A stretch of DNA of 64,000 nt from Squalus acanthias (taxonomy: Eukaryota). Below are positions 11,331-24,097 of the stretch, in pieces. The notes below the pieces were generated by a model. The model searched no databases. It saw nothing but the letters and a program-made list of their open reading frames with translations, and had not been told where the DNA came from. The first letter of the stretch is position 1. The number at the start of each line of letters is the position of its first letter. Location: assembly GCA_030390025.1 (NCBI GenBank), contig CM059446.1:13950001-14014000 (forward strand), in the 5' to 3' direction. Position numbers and translations under genes: made by a program.

Positions 11331-14300
11331 TGCTTGGCTGTCAGCTTTAGCAAATCCCAGTAAGTGCACTTTCAAGTTGCAGCCAGCTGCATGAAACCCG
11401 TGCATCAGGAGCCAGTGACACTAGCACAGGTCTTGTGCAATATTAAAACAACTTAAATGCGATTCATGTGATTCCACAACCGAATTACACTTCACAGCTT
11501 GCATCGACACAAAGCAAAGACCACGTCATATCCTAAATTTGCAATTCCTGGAAGGCATTTTCTTTTTTTTTTAAGTCATTCTGAACATTTATTTGCCTTC
11601 AGAAAGACAAAACACAATTTATTTGTTAAGTTCTAGCCATCTCATTGAATAAACATTTTGGTTTGTAATGGCAGGAGCTGTTACCAGTGCAAAGGTTAAC
11701 CATCAGCTTTTATGCTATTTTAGTCACCAGCTCTGTGAAAATCAAAGATGTTAGAGAATGAAATCACGGTATCCTGAAATCAACAGTTAAAATTGGATTC
11801 AGTGAACTGTATCATCTTGTAGTGACATTGCATGTCAAAACTGATCACCCAATCAAATCCTGAAATAGAAATGAGTTGTCCTTATTTATTAGAATGATGA
11901 GAGATGTTGTACCTTACATATAAAACTAGAATGTACAAATTCCATGACAGGCATAACCATACATGTTGTTTAACACTAATTAACAAAAAATAATTTCCAG
12001 TTGACAACTTAATTATCAAAATTAGAGATATTATTGCTTCTCTCTAATGTTAGATATGATACTTATCTTACAGCATTCCTCCTATGTTCCTCTTTTTATT
12101 AATATACTTTCCTTACATTTTGAGAGAGGTTTTTTATTTTAACATGTATTAAATGTGATTTATCGGAATAAATATTTCTCTGAGCCAGCAGTTTTTATAA
12201 CACAAATCATACTCTAATTAAAACATAATTAAGGGTAATTGGGTATGGCTTGGTTTTCCTTTAAAATGACAAGCTATTCCACATCTGCCAGGACATTAAT
12301 ATTTCTACATTACTCAAAGAAAGTCAAGCAGTTCCCTGGAATAGCTGATATATTAGATTCTAACAAGGCAATGACATGGGTCCAATCAGGCCCACGCCAG
12401 ACCAGCAGCTAAAATACCCAGACCATCTGGATGTCTGTCCCATGATAAATCTCCATGATAAATGTCTTCGTTTTGATGTTCTAAAGGAAATACAGACCTG
12501 CTCAAACTTCTGGCACAGCTGAAAACACGTTGGTAACACTAGAATAGAACTCAGATGTCTAAACTATATGAAGGTCATTTCCAAGCTAATCATTATGACA
12601 TGTGAGTATTGTTTCATTCCAGCAATAATCTCTTTAGAAAACCTGATAGTAATGAAAAAAGTTCTGACACACCATAATTTCTAACACACTTGTGCCAAAA
12701 AAAGAATTCCATGCTTTCACGGTATGGTATTGAACTTTTTACTTGTCGCCATCAATCACTGACTTAGGTATTGTATTTGTAGATAAACCGAGAGAAAGAG
12801 AGCTGCTTTTTTTTTTTGCCTTTCTCTGTAGATTTCCATAGCTACAGGAAATTTTTGGGTCAAAAAAAAAGTAACAAAACTACATCTGAAATTGAGCAGA
12901 TTTTTCCACCTAAAATACAAGAACACAACATTCCTTCCAGATGTCCATTAAGGAGCTGAAGTCACACAACTCCCAGAAACTAGTGGAGTTTTATAGGCTG
13001 GAGCTGATAAGCCCAGGCCAGATTAATTCTGCAAATGTAAACAAGGAACTCTCATCATTGATATAAACATTGAAAATTAGGAGGTTATTTTCTTCTATTC
13101 AAAGTACATAGACGATGGCCATTACAAATAATGCCTCTGTGATGAGAACTTGCATTCTCTAAGACAAGGCCAATAAATGGCTTTATCCTTAATATTTGTG
13201 GAAGCCGTATTTCCCCCCATTATTCACGCTATGGAAAGCATCTTGATCTGGTCAATTGTACAACATTGCTGAAACTGGACATTTCTTTGCTTAGCCTTTC
13301 TGAAAGCAACGAGTAGCAGGAGGTTCAGAGAATCCCGCTGTCAATAAAGAAACAACCAGACTCTACCTCAGCCTCTGACACATGGCGATGATGGTGGTCC
13401 CTATTGGGAAGCTAACCCCCCCAAATATTAAAGCAAATAAGCAATTATTAAAAGTATAAATAGGGGTGGTATCAAGGCCAAAAATACACCCCGATGTCTG
13501 TAATTTAGTGACTAAAATCTCTTGCAACTTGTGCTATCAATGATTGAAAATTCAACATGTTCCATTTTGCATTGTTTCACCCTCTTCTACTCGTTTGATG
13601 CAAATAGATTGCAAGGATGGACTGCAGACCTGCTCCCAAGCTTCCACCAATGCAGCTGGGAGGTTTGCAAGAGTGCCCAGGGTGTCTGGCCATCCTGATT
13701 CTGTTTCCATCTCTCCCTCCTTGTGGGGAATGATTTCACTTTGCACTGCTGCAGTAAGTCAGCAACAATGCAACATTTTCCCAAATTCAAAACACGTCAT
13801 ATAAAGGGGAATTTTCTGTTGTAAGGCTTGCTCTACCAATCATGTGAAGTTCATTGCTATTTAACAAGGTAAGGATTCAAGCACAAGGTTGATGGTGCAT
13901 TTAAAAAAAATTGGGGATACAAAATTGTTCCTTTTCCTCCCACTAAAGCAATAGTTTCACAAACTTTTATGTGCAGTAGGGCCCTCTACAAATATTGTGA
14001 CACTCTTAGGGACCATCTATCCTAGAGTCTGAAAGAGTGTCGGCTACCCAAAGATAGCAGAAAGCATTTTTATTAGTATAGTGCTACAGAAACGATCTGC
14101 TGATAAGTCAACAAAATACCTAAATAATATGGACCACGGAATTATCGAGACATTGTGCTTCCCGTCTGGGTTATGCCTCACCGCAAACAGATAAAAATCG
14201 GATGATCTGACAGACCCCATGGGATCAACAGCCCCCTTTTTTAAAGCCTATGCGGTAAAGATCCTCTGGGCCATGTGCCTCCTCCAACCTATCAATGGAT

Positions 14301-14999
14301 CGCCCACTCCTAGCCTTTTCCATTGTCAGCCTTCAGTCAGTTGCTGGGAAGTATAATGTGGCTGAGATTGAAACGTCCGCCATGCAAAGGATCACATAGC
14401 ACCACTATATCCTGTTGCATTGCATTTGCTGGAATAGGGAGCTCCACCATATATACAACCAGCATTCACTTCTTTTAAAATACGCTAAATCCATTTAAAA
14501 AACTGAAATTCTATGCATGCATTTCTCAACACAGAAGAACAAGATACTTTTGCAGAGAACAATGATCTGTAATCTGCACATATACAGATGTACATGGATC
14601 AATCCAACATATCAGAGCAAAAGGATGTATTGACGTTATGGTTGGACTGAGACTTTCCTATTATCTCTATAAAGAATATTAATTAATTAAAATAGTCAAA
14701 ATTATGCCAGAGGAATCACCCATTGTTAACTGCCTCCTAGCATTCTGCAAAAGCAGCCCCTGATCTGAGATTTAAAACAGAATGATTTATGCCCCAACAT
14801 GCTCTGCTTAGGAGGACCAAATCGCCATTACTTTACGCTGTTGACTGATGTAGTACAAAGAACTGAAGAGTACATGGATGGTGGGAAAGAAAGTTTAGAT
14901 GTAAAGATCACTGCCACCGAGGGAAGAGAATGCAATTTCTGAGCAACCTGAACACTGTCACCTTATACAAACAGCATAGGGAAGGAAACAACCAATCAA

Positions 15000-15230
15000 A
15001 TGTGCATTTAGATAGCACCTTATCACAACTTAAAGTTTCAAAGTGTTTCACCTACAATGAATTACTTGGAACTGCAGTAACCTTGTTATGTGGGCTAACA
15101 TGGCAGCAATGCGATTAATGACTGGTGAATCCCTTTTTTTGGTGATATTGATTGATGGTGGTTGGCTAGGACACTGGGAGAACTCCTGCTCTTCTTCAAG
15201 CAGTGCCACTGGATCTTTAACGTCCACTTG
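15000..15230 (-). mobile_element. DeuSINE, strongly diverged
   Basis: gcatttagatagcacct..ggacactgggagaactcctgctcttcttcaa..ggatctttaacgtccac. Confidence 0.7.
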
Positions 15231-17703
15231 AACACTGCTACTTTATACAATGGTCTTTATGCTACAGTACATCACTCTATTGTCATAATGTGAGACACCA
15301 TCTGGGAATAGACAACTGAAGTATCTAGTCACATGGTAAAAATATGATTTGGTTGAATTTTCAGACTTTTTCAATTCACTACTGGTCCTAAATAATCCCT
15401 CAAAATAAACATGATAATTTCTTTCAAAATAATTGTTTTTCTAAAGTTCTACATTACTTCTTTTGTTTACTTGCCATATAGTGAGATGAAGCTAGAATGG
15501 TGTGAAATCAGGTCACACAAGATGGACAACGTAAGAAAAGGCCATTGGTCCTATCAAGCCCATTCCTGCCCCTGTTTTATCTAATGCCACGAGAAAAGAT
15601 CCTGCAGAGTTTCTCCCCTCCGTCTCAAACAGTAAATCAAGCAATATTTTAGAATAGCCATCCTACATTGCATTCTGCACTATTTATCCTTGACCAGTTT
15701 GGCACGGCATTTACACGGTCCCAGCAGCTTTAATTTTACATGGTGTTGCCATGCCAAGATTTTCATGAAATTGCCTAGTTTTGCTAGTGTGGCAGGAAAT
15801 CTATACAAGCGGTAGATTTGTACAGCTTGTACACATTTCCCAAGACATTTTTACAATTCCAAACAGATGTATGAATAATTTATTCATTAATTTGAAAGTA
15901 CTGAGGTAAATGAAGATACCTCCCACAGTTGGTAATGTATCAATTTTGGGTTGCACTAATCGTAGTATAACTACAGTTGGCACAAAACCCACCCTTTATT
16001 GTTTTAAACTTAGAATGGCAGTACAAGACACTGCCTATTTTCTACTGATTGAAAAGAGTTGATTGTTCCGTCAGACTGCCTTGCCAACTCTTTCAATCAC
16101 AGAAAATTCACCAGTAGTACACAAGGACACTAAATTGCATTAATGTACTGCTTAAACAAAAAGCAGATTAATGCAATAAAATTTGCAAGGCTTTCGAAAG
16201 GGAAATTTTTCAGTAAAACAATTACAGAAATCACAACAGGGAATTTTTTTTTCCAGCGTGTTATGAATATCATAATACAACATCCAGGGCAAGGAAATTG
16301 TAAACACAAATGGATTTATGTTGTGGAGGTACAATTTCATCATATATGGACCACATGTCCCCTGCAAATGAGTGGTATATCTCTGCACAGTCACACATAA
16401 GCATTGCAAGTGCTGTATGATAAAGGTATAATCCTATTATGACACCACTATGATGACTGTGTGCCAATACACTACTACTGTAACTGCTTGTGCACAAAAG
16501 CATGTTCAATTTTGTGCACAAAGACATTAAAATGTATGAAATAAGAGAAGCCCATTCAGCCAGCCCATTCCTTGCAGCAGATTGTGAAGGATTTACATTG
16601 TGTTGGATTGGACTCAGTGGGAGATGAATCGCCATTGAAAAATGCTCCAAGTACTAAAACTCCGATCTCCCTTCCTGCTCTCCCCACCTACCCTTCCCAA
16701 AACCAAGTAATCAAAAGGTACTGTCACATTAATCCAGCATATTAATGTAACATTAAAAAAAATCTATATTATTCAAATCTAATTGGTATTTTGTAGGTGA
16801 CATTTCCTTGGTCATGTAAGGAGTGGAACAATATTCCTATCTTTTTAAAGGAATGAATTTACAAACTATCAACTGTTCTAATGCCTTTAGTATGCTGTGG
16901 ACATAAAAACACTCACTTAAGGCTTGGCAACTTTGTACTTCCGTCCTTTGGTTTGACAATTATTTATATTAAATAACTTGATTACATTTATATTATCCAC
17001 ATCTTTCAGCATTTTAAGTACTTGGATCACGTCTTTTCATGATCTTCCTTCTTCCAACAGAGATTTTTAAAACACTTTCCAATTTATTTAATTTAACTTT
17101 TCACGGCCAAATTTAAATTTACCATGTGAATGCTAAGCAATGCAACCTTATCTGGGGTTAGACATGGCAATATGAATTGTCATGATTCATAATGAGAACA
17201 TTCTAAAAAGGAGATGATTATCTTTCCCCATAAACCTATATAAATTCAAAATGAAACATTATTTTGAGTACTGCATGCAACAATTGCAGAGGAGATTGTG
17301 CTGAATCAAATGATGCACAACTTCCCATAAGTTGCTAACTTCCCACTGGTAGGTTATTTTATCTACCGAATAACATTCTGTGGTTTACACTTAAAGTTTC
17401 CTCCCTTGTGAATGAAATCACTTCCTGTAAAGCAGGAAACATTTTTGAATTGGGGAAAATGATTATTTTAAGTTTTGACACTCTGAATGTGAAGTCAATT
17501 CTTTCCTGTCGCCTGTGTGTTTGTGAATGAACCACAGGATAAAGTTACAGTTGTGTGCAACAAAACTGCAGTCTTTGCACCAATGAGTTGGATTAGGACT
17601 CAATTATAGTATGACTGAATGCTTCTGTAAATTTACAGCGCTCCACAATAACTTCTGAAAATTTTAGCTGCGATACTGTTTCAGAAGTGATACTGTTTCA
17701 GAA

Positions 17704-18153
17704 GTGTCAGTAGTGGCTCAGTGGGTAGCACTCTCGCCTCTTAGTCAGAAGGTTGTGGGTTCAAGTTCCACTCCAGAGACCTGAGCACAAAATCTAGGCT
17801 GACACTCCAGTGCAGTACTGAGGGAGTGCTACACTGTCAGAGATGCCGTCTTTTGGATGAGACGTTAAACCAAGGCCCCGTCTGCCCTCTCAGGTGAACG
17901 TAAAAGATCCCACATAGCACTGTGTCGAAGAAGAGCAGGGGACTTCTCCCGAGTATCCTGGCCAATATTTATCCCTCAACCAACATCACTAAAAAACTGA
18001 CTATCTGGTCATTGCTGTTTGCGAGACCTTGCTGTGCATAAATTGACTGCTGCATTTCCTACATTACAACAGTGACTACACTTCAAAAGTACTTCATTGG
18101 CTGTAAAGCGCTTTGGGACATCCTGAGATCGTGAAAGTCACAAGTCTTTCTTT
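17704..18153 (+). mobile_element. Full-length DeuSINE with tRNA-derived Pol III head
   Basis: A-box TGGCTCAGTGG (~17714), B-box GGTTCAAGTTCC (~17758), Deu-like core, and 3' tail ..caagtctttcttt. Confidence 0.92.
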
Positions 18154-19541
18154 AAAATACAGAAGGGAAATCCAAGCAGTGTGACTTCTCAGTAAGGTAT
18201 GGTTTATCAGATGAATAGTATGAATGCCCAGTTTTGGTTGTGTCTGCATATACAAATCAGCCATTTGGAAAAGCAAACATTTGATGAAAATTATAGAAAA
18301 TGTGGCAGAGACAGAAAAGTGAAGCCACAAAATGACTGCTGGTCATATTAATGGTTGAATGTGTGGCATATTAGTATAACATTCCTCTATTCTCCATTTT
18401 CATAGAGGTGTTAAACCATTTATCTTAAATGGATTAATGCCTCGGTTAAAATAGCGGAACCAAGCAGTGATCTGCTAACAATTTCTAGACTAGACAGAAA
18501 GAGAAACAGATGGAGAGAGAAATCGAAAGATCATGGAATCAGAGAGGAAGCAAAGGCAGAGGAAGAATAAGCAAAGAAGTTGCAAAGATCGACAGAAATA
18601 AATAAAAACAATTACAAGGCAAAAATAATAATCGGGAGAAAAGAAAAAGATAAAATAAAGAAATATAAAATAAATGGTCCTGGTGCCTTTTCTTTGACTA
18701 TGTTGGGGGGGGAAGAAGTTCAAGTCTCAAAATTGCTAGTGAAATTCTTTGGACAATATGTAAATATGCATGTTACCAATAAAATCAATTTGTTAATGTG
18801 TTTATGATAATATACCTAAGAACGTATATAGGAACTTGAGAGATATGTCAGAGAACCCCATCCTAACTCCTTCCTTCCATATCCCTGTCCAGGCAATTGG
18901 CTCCTTTGAACAGTTTATGTAGTATATTTTATCCAGTATATGTTTCTGACAAGTGCCCTAATGGATTCGGGCAGTTGTACATATGCAACAAATCATGCTG
19001 AGGTGGGAATTTTGGATGCACACATCTGGTTGGCAATTTGAAAGCGGATTAGGCAAATGTTGTTATCTTTTAAAATGGGCATGGCATCGCTACTTAGTGT
19101 CTCACCAGAGCACTAAAGTCACTGTGACCATACCTCAACAGGAACATTCTGTCTTGTATACGTGTTAAATATGACTTTCAAATAGATAGAATAATGTGTT
19201 CTAAAAGTGACTTCAGTTAGCAGTGGTTGAGATTGATCTCTTTTTTCTCCTGGTGTCAGGGAAGAAAAAGAATACACAAAGCAGTCTAGAGAGAGTTTCA
19301 GGAGGCAGCCAGCTGGCCGTTATTTTTGGTGTTACGCCCTGATCAGAAACTAATCAGGCCCAGTTTGTTTGGCAAGTCCTGCATGTTTTTCAAGTGCAAG
19401 GTGTGCAAACGTACAATTTCACATCAGACAGTAAGAATCGTTTTTGTGGCCAGGTGTCAAGAGTAAATGAGACAGCAGTCAGCCAAGAGATTGCTGTTCA
19501 CACCTGACCTAATTGAGTAGGTTGATGCTCTGATCATGAAT

Positions 19542-19768
19542 GAAAGAGAAAGACTTGGATTTCTATAGTGCTTTTCACGACCTCAGGATGTCCTTATGTG
19601 CTTTATGAAGCCAATGAAGAACTTTTGAAGTGCAGTCACTGTTGTAATGTAGGAAACGCGGCAGCCAATTTACGCACAGCAAGGTCCCACAAACAAGCAA
19701 TGTGATAATAACCCGATAATCTGTTTTAGTGATGTTGTTGAGGGATAAATATCAGAGAACTCCCCTCC
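19542..19768 (-). mobile_element. DeuSINE 3' half
   Basis: gaaagacttggatttctatagtgcttttcacgacctcagga..agggataaatat. Confidence 0.88.
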
Positions 19769-19769
19769 T

Positions 19770-20237
19770 CTGAAGGCACGGTTACACTGGTTGGGTCACG
19801 TGGTGCGAATATCTGATGAACAAAATCAGATTAAGATCATTTTTTATGGAGCATTAACAACTGGGAATCGATTTTGTGGTGGACAGCAAAAGAGATCTAA
19901 AAAGACTGCTTAGAAGCGACTCTGAAACAACGCAAAATAGACACCCAAAAGTGTGTACAACTGGCTCAAGATAAGAAAGCATGGGGAAAACCATCCATGA
20001 AGGCACCTCCGACTATGAGGCGTGTTGCATAGCTGATGCTGAATGTAAATGCCAGCGAAGCAAATCTCACCTGAAAAAATCAAGATCCCCAACCTGGTGT
20101 ACCGAGAACCCACTGTTCACTCTGTGGACGCTCATTCCAAGCAAAAATCAGTCCATCAGTCATCAAAGAACTGACTGCAGAAATGAGGTGATATTCTGGC
20201 TGTCTTCTTAGATGTCGAAGGACGAACAAAAAAAAAC
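19770..20237 (+). mobile_element. Decayed RTE-clade LINE 3' end
   Basis: Translates with frameshifts to RLHWLGHVVRI..IFYGALTTGNRFCGGQQKR..LAQDKKAW..IHEG..CSLCGRSF; ends in an A-rich tail. Confidence 0.8.
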
Positions 20238-22497
20238 TGAACTCGTAGAATGAACTAATACTCGGATTGCTTGACTAACAACAAAGAGCCTCTTTGATTT
20301 TGGTCTTAGAAGCCTGTCTTTGGAAGTCCCAGAAAGTTGTATAAGACCTGGCAGGGTTTTCCTGTAGAGACTTTAGATCCCTTGTTTTGATTGCCTGTTG
20401 CCATATTGAGACAGAAAACGGGACTCTGTAGACCTTTGCCGTATAACATTTCATTGCAAAGAACTTCTAAAGATTCACCACTCTTTTATTCTTTTGAAAC
20501 AGTTAATGTAATAAGTCATATACTGGGCTTTTAGCTTCTTCATGTGTCTTTCTGCTTTTCTGTAATTACCTTGTAAATAAATTTGACTGAATTTTGGTCT
20601 GAATGATACAGCCTGACAGTGTGGCATTTATCACCTTTCGGAGTGGATAGGATAACTTGGCGGGCAGTTCTGTGGTCTCTGGTACTTAAGACTGTGGTAA
20701 AAGTACAGTTGTTAGACCTGTGGCACACACATCACCATTCACATCTTATATAAGTTTGCAAGTTTCAGATCATTCGAAATGCCAGTCTTAAATAAAGTGC
20801 CTTTTTGCTGTAAGAACAAGTTAAAATTGTCGAGAGAAAAGCCCAAATTGCAACAGTCGCATCAAATTAATATCAGCTGATCAGCTCCATATGTCGTATC
20901 AAACCAACATATAGCCTTGGATTAAAATGTTTCTGAAATGTGCTTTTCAACTACTCCCACCAGCGTACAATACTCAAACCTTAATGTGACAAGGAAAGCT
21001 ATAATCTGGTCTATTTGACCAAACATGTTCACCTATATCAAAATAAGGAATGTATTAAAAAAAAGATATTGACATTTAAAGCCTATATAGATTGTTCCTC
21101 AATAGTTACTGCTTAAAAATGCATTCCATTCCTAGGACCTTTCTAGTGGCATTTTGGCTGATATATCTTGCTATCTGACTGGTGACATTTCATTGACTGA
21201 ATTGATGTGTTCAAGAAACGACTTTCATTATAAGCAACCTCATAGCCTTGATAAAATTCCATCTAGCAGGGTGAATGTTAGTTGCCACTATTACATTTTA
21301 TTTGTTAATCTCAACTGTGCCACAAATTATTTTTTGCTTATTTTGATGGTTTGACATATTATTAATATGACCAGAGGATGCTGCCCATTATAATGATCCA
21401 GGTTGAACACAAAGCAAATTTGGTTGTGCTTTCTGATGCTTTCCAGAGCAGGGCAGTTTCAAAAACAAAGATCAAACTGACGGAGCTGTCAGTTATTTTG
21501 CATTATCTACTGCACCTCTCTATTTTGATTAACCAACTGTAAAACAACCAGAGCTTTATGTTGTTGCATTCACATGAGGGCTGCTTACAAAGTGGCCGCA
21601 GTCTCGGCAGAAAGCTCATTTCAGGGCTCATCGGAAAATAAATTGTTGGTTGTCAGATTTATACTGCACTGCACCATGGGTCTTTTGTAGGCTGCCACGT
21701 TGGTATCCAGGCAGCAGTGCAGTGGCACGTAACCACACGAGCTTCCCCTGTTGTCGGAAAGAGATTCGGGTCAAACGACTACTAGTGTTATTCTAAGCTT
21801 TCACTTATATAGTGATATCACCATGAGAAACCTGTGACCAGAGATACAAGGTTCATATCAATAAAACCCCGGGAGTGGGAGGGGGAGGAGGTGCAGGACT
21901 GCCAGAATGTGGTTTACACCAAAATAAACCTTGTGGAAAAAAACAGAGCTGAAGATATCAACACAAATCTGGAGCATTTGGTCACTTGAGTAAACCTCAT
22001 GCTGTCTTAGAACCTTATATTTAAAAAGTGAAAGACAGATTGTGTATACATGTGTGTTACATTTTCTTCAAAGCACAAGGCAGTAATTCTACTGCCAAAA
22101 TTGTGCCTTTGGCATCCTGGATACACCAGTAGGTAAAGGTAGCATCAATTTGGTCAGCAGAGCCACAAGCAAGCTGGATGCATACATGCCAACTGTTTGA
22201 ATTTGACATGGAGAGTCAGTGTCACAGGGATTTGGTCCACGGATGAAAATCAGCCCGGACCATGCACCTCCCCAAGTGCCGCTCTCGAGCTCCTACCTGT
22301 TGCGTTTGACAGGGCTGTATAATGTGGGAGAGAATCCCTGTTCACAGCGGACAGCCCTGTCAATTCTTAATAGGGTCTCCAGCAGCGATTAAAGGAAGGT
22401 GGAGCGATAGGGGAGGAGGGTGTGGGGGTATTGTGAGCAGCACTTTTCGGAGGTGGAGAGGAGAAGAAATCCCAGGATCACTATCTGAAGAAAGGTG

Positions 22498-22724
22498 CCA
22501 TGATGCGGAGATGCCGGTGTTGGACTGGGGTGGACAAATGTGAGAAGTCACACAACACCAGGTTATAGTCCAACAGTTTTATTTGAAATCACAAGCTTTC
22601 GGAGCGCTGCTCCTTCGTCAGGTGAAGTCCTGACTTCACCTGACGAAGGAGCAGCGCTCCGAAAGCTTGTGATTTCAAATAAAACTGTTGGACTATAACC
22701 TGGTGTTGTGCGACTTCTCACATT
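22498..22724 (-). mobile_element. Palindromic Penelope-like mini-element, copy 1
   Basis: 95-bp inverted arms (22535-22629 / 22632-22726, 1 mismatch), ~37-nt unpaired tail, and 12-bp TSD TGAAGAAAGGTG (22486-22497, 22725-22736). Confidence 0.85.
22636..22672 (+). ncRNA. Minimal type I hammerhead ribozyme motif (mirror copy on - strand at 22589-22625)
   Basis: TCAC-CTGACGA-A-GGAGC-AGC-GCTCC-GAAAGCTT-GTGA: stem I TCAC/GTGA, core CUGANGA and GAAA, stem II GGAGC/GCTCC, palindromic AAGCTT in place of stem III. Confidence 0.75.
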
Positions 22725-23328
22725 TGAAGAAAGGTGGAGAGAGATAGAAATAACGAAAGAGATAGAGATGCAGACAGAGACAGAGAAAGCCATTAGCAAC
22801 AGTTGGTGGAGGGGAGGAAAGGAAAGAGTGCATGCCCTCAGATCCTCCTAAAAAATAAATGATACGCCTTCAACACCAACCACCCCCTTTCAGCCTTTCT
22901 TGCAATTAAAGCAAAGGAATATTGGGTATATCTACAGCTTACATTACAAGCCCATGTCCCAATGTGCTTTCAGTGCAATTACTTTTTTTCCACATGTCAT
23001 GGGGCCATTTTTGAGGCTGCATCAGTTTTTTTGGAGCTGATCAATCAGCTTTTGCTAGTTTTCTCGGTTGGCATGTATGTTACTGAGACATAACAATTTA
23101 CCCAGTGAAAGAAAGATTTTTAGTTCAAATAAAGTTGATATGTTCGTGGATAGATGTCACGATCATAGCTGAGCCAAATTCTGTGCTCGCCTGACTTATT
23201 TATATAGATGTACCTGTGACAGGAGTTGCTGGAAAGTGATCAGGTATGCAAAGAGTGACCGATTTTCCCTTCCCGCATACTTGAGACCTATTATAGAATC
23301 ATAGACGAGAAAATAACAAGGTCCATCT

Positions 23329-23464
23329 ACAAAGGCAAAATACTGCAGATACTGGAAATCTGAAATCTGAACAGAAAATGCTGCAAATACTCAGCAGGTC
23401 AGGCAGCATCTGTGGAGAGAGAAACAGAGTTGACGTTTCAGGTCGGTGACCTATCGTCAGAACT
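23329..23464 (-). mobile_element. Penelope-like terminal fragment (second family) starting with a hammerhead motif
   Basis: Minus strand AGTT-CTGACGA-T-AGGTC-ACC-GACCT-GAAACGTC-AACT then ctgtttctctctccacagatgctgcctgacctgctgag... TSD GGTC(C/T)ATCT at 23320-23328 and 23465-23473. Confidence 0.8.
23428..23464 (-). ncRNA. Minimal hammerhead ribozyme motif
   Basis: Stem I AGTT/AACT, core CUGACGA, stem II AGGTC/GACCT, GAAA, GUC cleavage triplet. Confidence 0.72.
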
Positions 23465-23897
23465 GGTCTATCTGGTTCACCTTCTAGCATCCTGGTAGTT
23501 GCATGATACACTGATCATGGAATTGTTGACTAATCATAGCAATCAATCTCTATTAATTAGTCTACAACAGACCCAAACATGACACGAGAAAAGCCCAGTG
23601 GTGGAGAGCTTTGGGAACCAGAGGTCCAAAGTCACCTTTTTCCTCTCAAGCATGCTCGCTTATCACGTCATGTCTCAAATTACTCAAACACTGCACCCCA
23701 AAATGTTATTTTCTGATTGGCATTTGAATGAATCAAAACAAACTGCTTCCACTGTCTCCCTAGGGAGTCTGACCACCCGCTCACAGAAATATTGTTTCCG
23801 CAGATTAATTTTGAATTTATTCCCTCCCCCCCACCACGTCAAGGGCAGGCGTGTCCTCTGGTTCTACTGTTCTGGACAAGGTGAAATAGCTTGTCAT

Positions 23898-24097
23898 ATG
23901 CTCTGGAACTCCCTCCCTAAACCTCTCCGCCTCTCTCTCCTCCTTTAAGACACTCCTTAAAACCTACCTCTTTGACCAAGCATCTGCCCTAATTTCCTAT
24001 GTGGCTCAGTGTCAATTTTTTTTTACTTAAAACACTCCTGTGAAGCGCCTTGCGACGTTTTACTACGTTAAAGGCACTATATAAATACAAGTTGTTG
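23898..24097 (+). mobile_element. L2 LINE 3' end
   Basis: LWNSLPKPLRL..FKTLLKTYLFDQA, tail aaaggcactatataaatacaagttgttgttg, duplicated TTGTCAT (23891-23897, 24098-24104). Confidence 0.88.

Noticed and set aside
17672-17705. 17-bp tandem duplication GATACTGTTTCAGAAGT at the SINE 5' end
   Set aside because: Simple local duplication; not a full TSD because it is not repeated at the SINE 3' end.
17704-17780. tRNA-like A and B boxes
   Set aside because: SINE head that continues into the Deu core; not a tRNA gene.
22306-22364. 13-bp inverted repeat TTGACAGGGCTGT / ACAGCCCTGTCAA
   Set aside because: Probably a remnant of an old MITE; no other supporting structure.
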